A DNA stretch of 64,000 nt, from NCBI GenBank assembly GCA_038249055.1, contig JBBRWS010000003.1, positions 24,374-88,373 on the forward strand, in the 5' to 3' direction. The notes beneath the pieces were generated by a model. That model saw only the letters and a program-made list of their open reading frames with translations. It made no database searches and was not told the DNA's origin. This document shows positions 40,721-51,473 of this stretch, in pieces. Position 1 is the stretch's first letter, and every line of letters starts with the position of its first letter. A program made the translations under genes and the position numbers. The stretch comes from Minisyncoccia bacterium (lineage in GTDB: Bacteria > Patescibacteriota > Minisyncoccia > Phycocordibacterales > UBA9973).

Positions 40721-41884
40721 TTATGGCTCAACAAAATTTATTTTTATTAAAACTATTTCTGGCCTATTACCAATTCTAACAGGTGGGCCCCAAGTACCAT
40801 AACCACTGGAAACATAAAATTGAGTATTTTCGATTTTTCTATGTCCATAAGGAAGTTCATAAATCATTTTTACAATGTAATTAAATGGCCAAAGTTGACC
40901 ATTGTGGGTATGTCCAGAAATTTGTAAATCTACTTTTCCACTTTCTGCTAAACTTTGTAAATTAAATGGTTGATGATCTAATAGTATTATAGGTAAATTG
41001 GAATTGGTATTTTCTAAAATCTGATTAAGAGTTTTTCTCTCTATTCCTCCAATACGAGAAATACTGGAATCTTCCCTTCCCACTAAATAGAAACTATTAT
41101 CAACTAAAACAAACTCATCGCGTAAAACTTTTAAACCATGTTCAATTAAATATTTATCCGCTGCTTCTACTCCTCCCATATATTCATGATTACCATTAAC
41201 TGAGTAAAAACCTAAAGGAGGATTAATTTGATTTAAACTATTTCCCATGTCTTCTTTTATTACTGGCCCTATATCTTCGTCTATAACATCCCCTACAAAA
41301 ACTACCAACTCTGGCTTCATAATATTTATAGTATCTGCTAAATATTTAAATCTTGATTTTCCAAGAATTGTTCCTAAGTGAATATCACTTGCGACTATTA
41401 TTGAAAAGTTTTCTTTTTCTGAACCTGACTTTTTATCTATTTGGATATTAATTTCATTCACTTTTGGAAACAAAGTATTTATAAAACCCGCACTAACAAT
41501 AACCAATGATATGGTGATAACTATAACCCCTATTTTAAATTTCTTTTTATCTGTTAAAGGTTCCCAAAAAGGATTTAATTTTAAAAGATAAAACAATAAA
41601 CGAATAAAATCTAATAAAAGTAAAATAATAACTAGATAAATTAATAGACCAAGCCACAAAGAGCCAGTCCAGACAAAAAAAGCTGAAATATTATTTAAAA
41701 ACCAATTTTCAAGAACACGTCCTAAAATAAAAGAAATCGGTAATATCCAGAAAAAATAACTTAGATATTTTCTGACTTTTAAATATGGTAGTAAAAATTG
41801 CCTACCTCTAATAAAAACATATAAATTTACAATAAAATATACAGATAAAAATATTGTAAAAAATGAAATAAATTGTGCAGACAT
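40721..41884 (-). CDS. Membrane metallophosphoesterase (YkuE-like)
   Basis: SDIHLG, GDVID, GNHE, HQP, SGHTH.GQ, WGPPVR. Confidence 0.92.
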   Translation of the reverse strand: MSAQFISFFTIFLSVYFIVNLYVFIRGRQFLLPYLKVRKYLSYFFWILPISFILGRVLENWFLNNISAFFVWTGSLWLGLLIYLVIILLLLDFIRLLFYLLKLNPFWEPLTDKKKFKIGVIVITISLVIVSAGFINTLFPKVNEINIQIDKKSGSEKENFSIIVASDIHLGTILGKSRFKYLADTINIMKPELVVFVGDVIDEDIGPVIKEDMGNSLNQINPPLGFYSVNGNHEYMGGVEAADKYLIEHGLKVLRDEFVLVDNSFYLVGREDSSISRIGGIERKTLNQILENTNSNLPIILLDHQPFNLQSLAESGKVDLQISGHTHNGQLWPFNYIVKMIYELPYGHRKIENTQFYVSSGYGTWGPPVRIGNRPEIVLIKINFVEP

Positions 41885-42008
41885 ATAATATATTTATATA
41901 CTCATAATTTTACCACAATTATAGACTTTTAGTTTATTTGAAATAATAAACATTTAATTCTGTATATAACAATTTAACTTATAATACTATTGGGTTAATA
42001 TCATAGTG

Positions 42009-42620
42009 TTATGGTGAAATAACCTCATCTTTTTTGTAACACTCTGTTTCATCAAATGTCCTACTTTCTTTGAATTGAATAACATGGCAAGTTTCATGAA
42101 TTATTACTTTTGCAGCATATTTATAATCACCAAATGGAGTACTAATATCAATCACACCTGGATTTATTTTATATAAAGAATAACACCCCCCTCCAAATCC
42201 GCCACAAGAAATATTTGGATCTATAGACTCAACATTCTTACAAAAATCATCATATTGTTCACTGAAGTTATTTTTCAAATACCTAATACCCTTTTTCATT
42301 GTTGTATTGCTCATCTCTGTAAATGAAGGCCTTATTGTAATAAAACACCTATTGGGTAAATCAATATAAATAAAAAAATGATAGATAATCCACAGTATAA
42401 CCAACACAGCAATAAAATATTTAAAAAGTTTGATTATAACTTTTTTATCAGTTCTTCCAAAAATCCTTAAATAAAAAGTATTTATAGTTGCGTTTTTACT
42501 TATTGTTACTCTTTCAATTTCTTCTCTAAGAAGACGTTTTTCAGCATCCTCTGAATAATAACATTTAGTACATCTATTCGTTTTTTCTTCTAACTCTGCT
42601 CCACATTTTTTACATTTCAT
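42009..42620 (-). CDS. Zinc-ribbon + TM + HExxH hypothetical protein
   Basis: CKKC...CTKC; IIHETCH. Confidence 0.7.
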   Translation of the reverse strand: MKCKKCGAELEEKTNRCTKCYYSEDAEKRLLREEIERVTISKNATINTFYLRIFGRTDKKVIIKLFKYFIAVLVILWIIYHFFIYIDLPNRCFITIRPSFTEMSNTTMKKGIRYLKNNFSEQYDDFCKNVESIDPNISCGGFGGGCYSLYKINPGVIDISTPFGDYKYAAKVIIHETCHVIQFKESRTFDETECYKKDEVISP

Positions 42621-42704
42621 AATTAAATTTTAAATATAAATCTTTTTACAAAACATTTACAAAATTGATAAATAAATGGAATATACTTTTTTATTTATTA
42701 TAAA

Positions 42705-43208
42705 TTATTGAGGGCAAATAAATTCACAATTGGGACCGGTGCGTCCAACATAGGAACCATCAGGGCATTGCTTTGCATCCATAGTACAGGCAATAGGTTG
42801 TTTTAATCCAGTACATCTCCAATTTATTTCAGCTGTTTTTGTTTCCTCACTAACTACACATGCTGGATTACATCCTTCAGGTCTTCCATTTAAATTAGCA
42901 TCATACCACCATGTTTTAGAATTTATATTATAAGTACCGAAAGATAAAACTTCTCCACCTTTTATACATGATTTTTCAGCAATAGTGCGAGCTTCTATTT
43001 CAGTAAGTGAATTATTTATTTGAGGACAAACAGCAAATTCGCAATTTGGACCTGTCCGGCTAACCACTGAACCGTCAGCACAAATTTTAGATTCTTCGCT
43101 ACATACATAAATACCACCTTTATTAATATCTGTTTTATTTGCCCGTAATACTAAAATTAATGTTATTAATATAAATAAACTTAAAATAATTATGCTTATT
43201 TTTTTCAT
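42705..43208 (-). CDS. Cys-rich repeat secreted protein
   Basis: Two C....K.C.DGS.V.RTGPNCEF..CP repeats. Confidence 0.8.
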   Translation of the reverse strand: MKKISIIILSLFILITLILVLRANKTDINKGGIYVCSEESKICADGSVVSRTGPNCEFAVCPQINNSLTEIEARTIAEKSCIKGGEVLSFGTYNINSKTWWYDANLNGRPEGCNPACVVSEETKTAEINWRCTGLKQPIACTMDAKQCPDGSYVGRTGPNCEFICPQ

Positions 43209-43282
43209 AACTTTAATTATAACATTTTTGAGTACAAATTAATTACTATATAAAAATTTTAATAATATGGTATAATAATTTC

Positions 43283-43558
43283 ATGGAAACTTTAACTGTA
43301 TTGTTTGATATATTAATAGCTTTATTATCGTTGTGGGTTGTTTTTAAACTAATAGGTTATGGCGGAACTATTGGTAAATCATTATCCCAAGTCGGTTATG
43401 GAATTGTAATAATCGGATTTTCGCAGATTTTAGAAACAGCTGGTTTATTATTTTTTGATGAAAGTGTATTTGATATGCATGTTATTCATCGCTCTGTTCT
43501 TACAACTGGTTTCTTATTAGTAGCATGGGGTTTTAAAAATTTAATGGAAAAAAAATAA
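43283..43558 (+). CDS. Small three-TM hypothetical protein
   Basis: Hydrophobic ORF with TGGTATAAT-N6-ATG. Confidence 0.7.
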   Translation: METLTVLFDILIALLSLWVVFKLIGYGGTIGKSLSQVGYGIVIIGFSQILETAGLLFFDESVFDMHVIHRSVLTTGFLLVAWGFKNLMEKK

Positions 43559-43574
43559 CATATTATCTCTGGTG

Positions 43575-44102
43575 TTACTTTAAACCAAACAAAAACCATC
43601 GGGGCTTATTTGTATATAAATAATTAGGATTTTCCTTTGTAGCTTTTTCCTTTATAAATCTTGTTATATTTAGCTCAGTTGAACCATAAGAATAAACAGG
43701 AAATCCAACTTGAGGAGATGGATTTTTTTCTTCTGGTCTTACTAAAATTACTTTTGATTTTTGTGTTTTTGAATCTTTGTACCAAATTACGAGAGAATTC
43801 CCATTTATATTTATAAGATTGTATACGTATTCTACATCTTTAAATTCTATAATTTTATTTCCGTTTATTTTTTTAATTATAATATTATCTTCAGTAACTT
43901 CAATATATTTTAATCTATAAAAAGAGTCAGCAGACATAATAAATACATAGATAAAAATTAATAGAAAAAGAACAGTGAATAAACTAAAATTACCAGAAGA
44001 TATTATCCCAATAATAAAAAATAAACTAACCCCAATCAATACTGGGAATATGATGTAATATACGTATGTTTCAAATGGTGAACTTTTATATAAAATGGGC
44101 AT
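43575..44102 (-). CDS. Hypothetical membrane protein (two TM + possible PH-like domain)
   Basis: ORF track; hydrophobic N-terminus. Confidence 0.65.
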   Translation of the reverse strand: MPILYKSSPFETYVYYIIFPVLIGVSLFFIIGIISSGNFSLFTVLFLLIFIYVFIMSADSFYRLKYIEVTEDNIIIKKINGNKIIEFKDVEYVYNLININGNSLVIWYKDSKTQKSKVILVRPEEKNPSPQVGFPVYSYGSTELNITRFIKEKATKENPNYLYTNKPRWFLFGLK

Positions 44103-44106
44103 AAAT

Positions 44107-44670
44107 TTATTTATTAGTAAAAATTATATCTTCTCCAACTAAATTATTATCCTTATTATAATCATCAAATAAATGCCAATAGGTAGACGTAAGTCTTTCT
44201 TCTTTCTCTAAACCTAATATTTTTATAGCATTTTCTATTGAATCCTTATCCCCTTCAATTTCTAAATAATCTCCGAATGGTAACCTGTCCAGGGCTAATA
44301 TTGTTTCGGCTAATTCATACTCTGTTCTATATTTTTCCATAATCCATTTTTTAGTAAAACCTAATGTAAATAACATTTTTTCTGCTAATTCAACATCACT
44401 AATTTCAATTTCTAATTCTTGTCTTTCTTTAAACTTTTCATCACTTCCTGATAATTTAGACTTTACTGTCATGGTTTTCTTTTCTCCACTGCGAACACGT
44501 AAAAATATTCCCTTTTTAATTAGTGATTCTTCGGATGTATCCATTCTTATAGCCTTTTGAAAAATATTTTTATGTAATTCCTTTCCTCCGACGGATTTTA
44601 TTTTCTCCTCTAATTCTAATAAGTCATGTATTTTAAATTTTATTTCTGTTTCAATTAAATTATTTGTCAT
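44107..44670 (-). CDS. CYTH (class IV adenylate cyclase-like) protein
   Basis: IETEIKF, FLRVR, RQELEIEI, EKYRTEY, YLEIEG. Confidence 0.9.
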   Translation of the reverse strand: MTNNLIETEIKFKIHDLLELEEKIKSVGGKELHKNIFQKAIRMDTSEESLIKKGIFLRVRSGEKKTMTVKSKLSGSDEKFKERQELEIEISDVELAEKMLFTLGFTKKWIMEKYRTEYELAETILALDRLPFGDYLEIEGDKDSIENAIKILGLEKEERLTSTYWHLFDDYNKDNNLVGEDIIFTNK

Positions 44671-45134
44671 ATAGAAAATTTATATATTACAGAATAATCA
44701 AAAGTTATTTTATTTAAATCAATAGATTGAGTTTCTATTTCAGGACTTACGTCACCAAACCCTCTAATAAAACCATCTGCAACTTTTTTGAACACAACCC
44801 AACCAACGGATTCAGTTCCTTCTGATTGAAATGTGTAATCTGCTAATAAAATTCCATTTTTATATGTCCCTTTCAAAGTACCGGTTGAACTATCCTTTTC
44901 AAAATTCTTAATATCAAGTGTTCCTGTAAAAGATTCACCTTGTTCAGAAAGAATTGTAAGAGTATATACATCGTTTGCTAAATGTCCAATATAAGTACCT
45001 ATAATAGTTTCTTTTAAAACCACAGAAGAATCATCACTTAAAGATCCACTTTTTGGTTTTTGATAATAAATATAAGCACTGGCAATAATCAAAGCTATTA
45101 TTCCTAATATAATTATTTTTAAAAAGTTTTTCAT
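44667..45134 (-). CDS. Hypothetical exported protein
   Basis: N-terminal TM; EKDSSTGTL.G...ADYTFQSEG. Confidence 0.7.
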   Translation of the reverse strand: MKNFLKIIILGIIALIIASAYIYYQKPKSGSLSDDSSVVLKETIIGTYIGHLANDVYTLTILSEQGESFTGTLDIKNFEKDSSTGTLKGTYKNGILLADYTFQSEGTESVGWVVFKKVADGFIRGFGDVSPEIETQSIDLNKITFDYSVIYKFSI

Positions 45135-45274
45135 GATTTAATTCTATCATAATTTAAAACTTATATTAAGATATAAAATATCCATTGCAAAATATACCTG
45201 CCCGCCCTCTGGCAGAGTTTAAAATAGCTGTTCTACTTCATAGAACGAGATAGAAACATTTTCGAATAAAGTAA

Positions 45275-45312
45275 AATAAAAAAGACCCACAATAAAGTGG
45301 GTCTTTTTTATT
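45275..45312 (-). terminator. Intrinsic terminator
   Basis: AATAAAAAAGACCCAC...GTGGGTCTTTTTTATT. Confidence 0.75.
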
Positions 45313-45325
45313 AAATAACTTCAGT

Positions 45326-46036
45326 TTAGTTATTATCATCAATTGCATCAAGGCTATCATCTTTTTCATCCTTATCATCATCTTTTCCATCATTATCATG
45401 ATCTAAAGATTTTGAATCACTTACATCAGGAATATTATCATTATCATCATCTTTATCTTGAGAATCAATAAGACCATCATTATCATGATCTTCAGATTTT
45501 GAATCTTTACTATCCTCTATACCATCATTGTCATCATCAATATCCAAATCATCTGAAATGTCATCGTTATCATGATCTTTAGATTTTGAATCTTTACTAT
45601 CCTCTATATTATCATTATCGTCATCTTTATCTTGATCATCTGAAATACCATCCTTATCACTATCTACTCTAGATACCCATTTACGAGCAATATTTGCATC
45701 AATTACAAAACTACCATCTTGAGTGATATTTCCTGATATTCCTACAAAATCACCACTTTGTATATCAGTGATAACCCGATTTAAACTTATAATATTGGTT
45801 GTAGCAGAAATCTTTACTGTCCAACTTCCACCCCAACTTTTAACAACTATTGAGTCCGTACCTACAGACTCAACAAAGCCACGCATAAGCACATTACCAC
45901 TAGGATTAATATTTAGAATCATAGGACTCTTAATAACCTCGGGAGATACTACATTTGTTTCTGCAAATACCTTAAACCCAAATATACTTAAAAAAACAAA
46001 CACAATCACGATAATAAATTTTTTATTATTTTTCAT
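45326..46036 (-). CDS. Secreted protein, OB-fold-like (DUF5666-like) domain plus Asp-rich calcium-binding repeats
   Basis: Signal peptide VFA; DxDxDGIxD / DHDND repeats. Confidence 0.75.
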   Translation of the reverse strand: MKNNKKFIIVIVFVFLSIFGFKVFAETNVVSPEVIKSPMILNINPSGNVLMRGFVESVGTDSIVVKSWGGSWTVKISATTNIISLNRVITDIQSGDFVGISGNITQDGSFVIDANIARKWVSRVDSDKDGISDDQDKDDDNDNIEDSKDSKSKDHDNDDISDDLDIDDDNDGIEDSKDSKSEDHDNDGLIDSQDKDDDNDNIPDVSDSKSLDHDNDGKDDDKDEKDDSLDAIDDNN

Positions 46037-46278
46037 TTTTATATTTTGTTATTAATAATAATTTAGATTTCATGGACTAATATAGATTAGTAATGAAGTC
46101 TAAAAAACAACCTACTTAATTATAGACTTCTTGAGCCTTGAGTTCTTCGTATTTTAATTATAACAAATTAAATAAAGATAGATAGGGATAGATTGGATAT
46201 AACTCTTATAAAAAGATTTCAAAACAACTTACTCCTCGTTTGAAACAAAAATAGAAATCTTTTTAAATAATATAAAAT

Positions 46279-46731
46279 TTACTTAATTTCTTCTTTTAAA
46301 ACTTTAATTGCTTCTTCGAGAATATTAATGTCTTTTATCTTCTCAGATATTGATAATCTAGAGTATTGAGTTTTTTGATCATTGGATGCATATTCATCAT
46401 TTCTATCAAGCCAATTATCATGAATTAAATTTAACACATCATTAATTTTTCCAATCGCAACTTCAGCTGAAAGATGATTTTCTTCCTTCCAATCGTTAGG
46501 TAATTTATCATAAGGAGTATTCGCAATGTCTATGTCAGAAATACCTTCATGTTTTTCAATCCATTCTTTATCTTTAACTTTTTTCATTCTAGGAGTAAAT
46601 GTTTTTGTTTCTGGATCGAATCTTTCTTTGCGCCAGTTTTCATGCATCAATCTTGCTAATGTCTCAACTTCCTGAACTTTCTTTTCTTCTAATTGTTTTG
46701 ATCTATTATTAAAAATTAATTGTTCATACAT
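46279..46731 (-). CDS. RyR-domain-like hypothetical protein
   Basis: LARLMHENW...PYDKLP..WKEEN and IHDNW...YSRLS..EK.KD. Confidence 0.6.
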   Translation of the reverse strand: MYEQLIFNNRSKQLEEKKVQEVETLARLMHENWRKERFDPETKTFTPRMKKVKDKEWIEKHEGISDIDIANTPYDKLPNDWKEENHLSAEVAIGKINDVLNLIHDNWLDRNDEYASNDQKTQYSRLSISEKIKDINILEEAIKVLKEEIK

Positions 46732-46819
46732 TTTATTATTATATCACAAACTATAATTATTAAACTGGCCCAAAAATTAACCTTATTTAAATATAATTTT
46801 GAAATTATAAATAAATCAA

Positions 46820-47191
46820 TTAATAATTAAAACTCATCCAGAAGAAAAAGACGCCGATAGTAAATATAACTACTCCCCAGAGTATCTGCTGACCTTTAAA
46901 CATTTGGGCTTTTTTATTAACACGATTAGGAAACCCAATTTTTTCAATTCCTTTAAATAAGGTAACCCAGCCTAAAATAGTTATTGCAACTCGCCAATCG
47001 GTAACCCAAATATTATGAGCAACAACAGTGACTAATCCTAATAAAAAAGTAATATAACCAGTAGATATAGTAATAGCTCTGTCTTCGGTATATTCTATAA
47101 TCCTACCTAATAATTTTGCACCAATAGACATTGCGCCAAGAATCATAAAAAGACTGCCCCAAAACTTTGCTAAAAAAATTGTTATTTCCAT
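46820..47191 (-). CDS. Hypothetical four-TM protein
   Basis: HNIWV.DWRV.ITILGW...KG. Confidence 0.75.
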   Translation of the reverse strand: MEITIFLAKFWGSLFMILGAMSIGAKLLGRIIEYTEDRAITISTGYITFLLGLVTVVAHNIWVTDWRVAITILGWVTLFKGIEKIGFPNRVNKKAQMFKGQQILWGVVIFTIGVFFFWMSFNY

Positions 47192-47290
47192 GACATAAAA
47201 ATTATATCAAATTATTAATATATAAGGTATATCTTTATGCCTCCAAACCTTGGGTGAAGTAAGAAACTTTTTGAAAATATTTAGTCATAA

Positions 47291-48514
47291 TTAATGTAGT
47301 TTAGGAAATGAATTCCCTCTTTTTCTTCCACTACCTTTAAGAGAGGAAGCATGTTTCAGCGAATTTTGTCCAAATTTTTCTCTTATCTTATCTCCCACTT
47401 CTTCTATAATGTTTTTAGTTTCAGATTTATCAAATATGCCAAATAAATCCCTAGGTATATTTTCTCTTCTTAATAAATTTCGCAAAGTAATCCCAGTTGA
47501 ACGAATTTTTTCATCATTTTGTAACAGCTTATATAAAATAGGTTCAATAATATTAAGCATCTCACTTGGATTATTAGTATATAAAGGTAAATGACTCTCA
47601 CCAACACGGTGAATAAAATTAGAATTTTTTACAAAAAATGAAACTGAATTAGTCACCAGATTAAGTTCTCTTGCTCTTTCACATGCTCTTTCTATATTTT
47701 CTGAAAGTTCAGCAAATATTATTTTTGAATTGCAAGATGATGGCTTAAAAGTTGAAGTTGATTGAATTGATTTTTGATCTCTTCTGTCATGATTGGAATC
47801 AATTTCTAATAAAGATTTGCCTGAAAGTTCTTGTTTAAGATTAAATAATGGCAAGGGAAAATATTTTTCTATTGGTTCATCTGGATAGTGAACAAGATCA
47901 TAAGCGGTTTTCATTCCCATATCGTGCAGTCGTGGAACTGTCTGTTTGCCAATACCCCAAATGTCATCTATTTTTGTTTTCTTAAGTGCATTCTCTTCGT
48001 CCATTTCGTTTAAAAGTAAAACCATACCATCGGGTTTATCAAGCTTTGAAGCGGTCTTCGCGAGTGCTTTTGTTCTCCCAAGTCCAAAAGAATATGTTAC
48101 ACCAATTGTATTTTTAATTTCATCTTTGATGTCACTCACAAGTTTTTCTGGACTACCAGCATATTTTATATCTGAAGGTTTAACAATCATAAAACATTCA
48201 TCTATACTATATACTTCAACTTGCTCAAGGTACGATAAAAAAATATTATAAACATCATTGGAAATTTTATTATATAAATCAAAATGATGAGAAAGAATAA
48301 TAACTTTAGGGAATTGTTTTTTAATTTGGAATATTGGCATACCACGAGTAACACCAAGTTTTTTAGCTTCATAACTCATGGCTACAGCTATTCCCCTATC
48401 TTCTCCCACAACAACAGGCATCCCTTTATATTCAGGATGCTTCGATACTTCACACGAAACAAAGAAAGAATCTCCATCTGCATGAAGAAATAAATTGTCG
48501 GAATTATCAGACAT
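47291..48514 (-). CDS. dinB: Y-family DNA polymerase (DinB/Pol IV-like)
   Basis: HADGDSFFVSCE, SYEAKKLGV..GMP, YSIDECF, KPDG, DIWGIG. Confidence 0.9.
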   Translation of the reverse strand: MSDNSDNLFLHADGDSFFVSCEVSKHPEYKGMPVVVGEDRGIAVAMSYEAKKLGVTRGMPIFQIKKQFPKVIILSHHFDLYNKISNDVYNIFLSYLEQVEVYSIDECFMIVKPSDIKYAGSPEKLVSDIKDEIKNTIGVTYSFGLGRTKALAKTASKLDKPDGMVLLLNEMDEENALKKTKIDDIWGIGKQTVPRLHDMGMKTAYDLVHYPDEPIEKYFPLPLFNLKQELSGKSLLEIDSNHDRRDQKSIQSTSTFKPSSCNSKIIFAELSENIERACERARELNLVTNSVSFFVKNSNFIHRVGESHLPLYTNNPSEMLNIIEPILYKLLQNDEKIRSTGITLRNLLRRENIPRDLFGIFDKSETKNIIEEVGDKIREKFGQNSLKHASSLKGSGRKRGNSFPKLH

Positions 48515-48574
48515 TTACATATTGTATCAAAAATATCGGAATTGGGTTCATAGAGATAACCCATTATTATCCTT

Positions 48575-49069
48575 CTATATATTTAATTCTTTTTCGTTTA
48601 TTTTATATAAAACTTTTAGTAGTAAATTTTTAAGAACGGTGATAAATACAGCGATTACACTTGAAATAATAATTATAATAAGTCCAATTGCCACTACCCC
48701 AGGAGCATCATCTTTATCTGCTACATAGAATATATATGGCATACCAATTATATACAATAAACTTATTACTATTGCACAATATCTTATTTTAATTAAAGCT
48801 TTTATGGATAATTCTGAAAAAGCTTTATTTTTTTCAATGTAGTTCAAAACATTTAATATTTGGAATAATGCAATAAAAAAAGGAATCCCTGGTATATATA
48901 AACCCAATAAAAGTGGATCATATCCTCCCATTTCAACTGAACCAATAATACGAGGTAATGCTAAAATATATAAAGATAAAAATGCAAGTCCGATTAAAAA
49001 AACAACCCCTTTTAATATAAAGGTTGACATTGATTTCATAAAAAATTTATATATTTTAGCTTTAATCAT
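48575..49069 (-). CDS. DUF2975 family membrane protein
   Basis: IPFFIALFQ...AFSELS.KAL..IRYCA; DDAPG. Confidence 0.85.
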   Translation of the reverse strand: MIKAKIYKFFMKSMSTFILKGVVFLIGLAFLSLYILALPRIIGSVEMGGYDPLLLGLYIPGIPFFIALFQILNVLNYIEKNKAFSELSIKALIKIRYCAIVISLLYIIGMPYIFYVADKDDAPGVVAIGLIIIIISSVIAVFITVLKNLLLKVLYKINEKELNI

Positions 49070-49209
49070 TGTCTAATTTTACCACAAAATTATTGTAAAA
49101 AGAGTAAAATAGACCTCCCTAGATAGGATTGGTCGCTTTCATCAATTTTAACTGCTCGTCTGTTTGAAACGAAGTGGAAACTTTTTTTAGAAAAATTAAA
49201 TAAAATCTA

Positions 49210-49371
49210 TTATTTAATTTCTTCTTTCCCCCTCCAATTTATTTCAAAAGAAATAGAATATTTATTAGGAATTTTCCACTTAGAAAATCTAAAACAAAGA
49301 AACTGAAATTTATTTTCATTAATCCTCCCAAAGCCAAACCTATTTAAAGTAAGTTCTATGTCTATAACCAT
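49210..49371 (-). CDS. Small hypothetical protein (53 aa)
   Basis: Manual translation MVIDIELTLNRFGFGRINENKFQFLCFRFSKWKIPNKYSISFEINWRGKEEIK*; preceded by TGCTATACT-N6-ATG. Confidence 0.55.
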   Translation of the reverse strand: MVIDIELTLNRFGFGRINENKFQFLCFRFSKWKIPNKYSISFEINWRGKEEIK

Positions 49372-49514
49372 TTAACAAGTATAGCAAAGGTTCCAAAGTA
49401 TATAAAGGTGTCAAAAATACTATTATTAAATAATAGTTAAATTATGTGATCTAAAATTGGAGTAATGTTCTAATTATTATTTTTAATAAATAATAAAAGT
49501 ACCATTGTTTAGAA

Positions 49515-49724
49515 CTAGAATTTGTCGTTTAGATATTTACTGGCGATACTCAATGCAAATGAAGGCAGTATTACAAAAACAGTTGCAAATAAGAGCCTAA
49601 TAAATATTTGGCTTATAGTCGAATCTGGTGCGTCTGGTCCAGAACCAGTTATTACAACTAAAATACCAATAATTCCAAAAACAATGGATGAATAAATAAA
49701 AATTCGCGTTGCTATTTTTTGCAT
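49515..49724 (-). CDS. Small two-TM protein
   Basis: Two hydrophobic segments; FVILPSFALSIASKYL. Confidence 0.75.
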   Translation of the reverse strand: MQKIATRIFIYSSIVFGIIGILVVITGSGPDAPDSTISQIFIRLLFATVFVILPSFALSIASKYLNDKF

Positions 49725-49885
49725 AGTAAGATTATATTACTAATAAAACAAAAAGTCACCTTAATATAGGGTAACTTTTTTGGATTCAAGACTGGGAAGA
49801 TATGGAAACTTTATTAAGAAAAAAATTATAATATAAAACAGGCCAATTTTATCATTGGCCTGTTTTTCAAAAAATACATTTTTGA

Positions 49886-50248
49886 TCACCTTGGAACAGT
49901 GCAACTGTCGTCAAATTTGTTAATACCAGAAGAACCTCCAAATTCATAAGTGTACCAACAGGCAAAAAGCGCCTTCCGGTCTGACCAATAGTTACCTGAA
50001 TACATCTTAGATTGAAAACATTTAATTTTCCAATGTGGGTCAGTTTTTACCTCTGATGGATTTTCAACTAATGTTGTTACTAATTCAAGACTATAAATTT
50101 TGAGACCAAACCAATCTTTGTATGACCAAATTTGTTTAAGTTTTTCAAAACTATCAACTCCATATAAAATTACATTTTCTCTTAGGGGTAAAAATAATTC
50201 TTCCCCATTTAAAAATTTTAATTTAATTACTTCAGTTTCTTGTTTCAT
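49886..50248 (-). CDS. Hypothetical protein
   Basis: ORF with its own TTGACA-N17-TAATGT promoter and a hairpin terminator near 49835-49865. Confidence 0.65.
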   Translation of the reverse strand: MKQETEVIKLKFLNGEELFLPLRENVILYGVDSFEKLKQIWSYKDWFGLKIYSLELVTTLVENPSEVKTDPHWKIKCFQSKMYSGNYWSDRKALFACWYTYEFGGSSGINKFDDSCTVPR

Positions 50249-50417
50249 TGTATTTATTTTTAACTGTAAGTACTATTATTACTTTTTTCTTCACATTACT
50301 TCTAATCAGAAATGATGTCAATACAACAAAATAACCCTAATATGATTAAGGTTAAAATTGATGAATTTTAACTTGGAAAGAAGTGAGAACTTTGACAGAG
50401 AAGATAAATGAGTAATA

Positions 50418-51338
50418 TTAATCGATTTTCGTAGATATCTGGATATTATTGGTCTTTATTTTTTCTATTACAGCTCTAAATAAATCTTGAAGTCTACCAT
50501 TATAACGCAAGTTATTTTCATCTGGATTCTCAGGATTTAAATAATAAATAGGGTCAACAATACTAGCCACTTGTTTTTCAATATCCTCATCCATTTTGAC
50601 CTTATCTCTACTTAGAATACCTGTACGAACGAGTAAAGTTCTACCAAGTAAATCCATCAATCTTTCCTTATACCATTGGTGTGAAGTAGAGATGGATTCG
50701 TCTATTTCTGTTCCCTCTCTTAGTCTAGCTGTTGCTTCATGACTAAGTACTTCGTGAGTAATTCTTTCCTCTGTGCTACGTTCCTGTAAACGATCTTCGG
50801 GAATCTTAAAAAATATTATGCCATCTTTTTCTAATGAACCACCCCCTGTACCATAAACAGTGGGCGCTAGAATAAAATTTTTAGAAGGTTTAAATCCATA
50901 AAGTTCTTGTATGGCTCCTGTCATTTTTTTGAATATCTTATTCCAAGTATTATTTAATTCCAGAGCATAAGATTCATAGTTGTTTTGATTTTTTAAATAA
51001 TCCTGCTGAACAGCTTTTTCAACATCTTCTCTTTTGTAATTTTTAGGGTCAATACTTATAGGAAGATTTAAATAATCTGAATATCCTAATTTTTCATATC
51101 TTTCATAATTTTTTAAATACCATAAAATACGATTAATCTCATTATTAATAATATCTTCTTTTTTTGAAATTACTTCAATTTTTATTCCTCTATTTTGTTC
51201 CATCTTTTTTATAAGCTTATCTTCTCCTTCTATTGGCTATTCAACATATTTACTTGATTCTAAATTAGTTTCTATATTATTTAATTTATTACTCCTAATT
51301 TGCTCAAGAATATCTTCTTCTAAATAATTTTCTTTCAT
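50418..51338 (-). pseudogene. Hypothetical HExxH protein with an in-frame TAG at codon 34 (downstream ORF 50418-51203)
   Basis: ATG 51338 preceded by TGGTAGAAT-N6; frame continues through TAG 51239-51237 into MEQNRG; ITHEVLSHE motif. Confidence 0.6.
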
Positions 51339-51473
51339 ACAATTATTCTACCATAGGTTCAAATTTCTATTAATGTAAACAAATAACTCGTATGAAAATA
51401 TAAGTCAAATTGCCTTTGATCCGAACTTATGGTGTAGTAGAAACTTTTTTAAGAAATATTAAATAAAAAATAA

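Noticed and set aside
45340-45670. Tandem DNA repeats as a non-coding array
   Set aside because: They encode the Asp-rich calcium-binding repeats of the 45326-46036 protein.
20635-51338. Stop-codon reassignment (e.g. code 25)
   Set aside because: The two in-frame stops are different codons (TAA, TAG); conserved genes are intact in code 11, use TGG for Trp, and TGA ends ORFs (44667, 49886).
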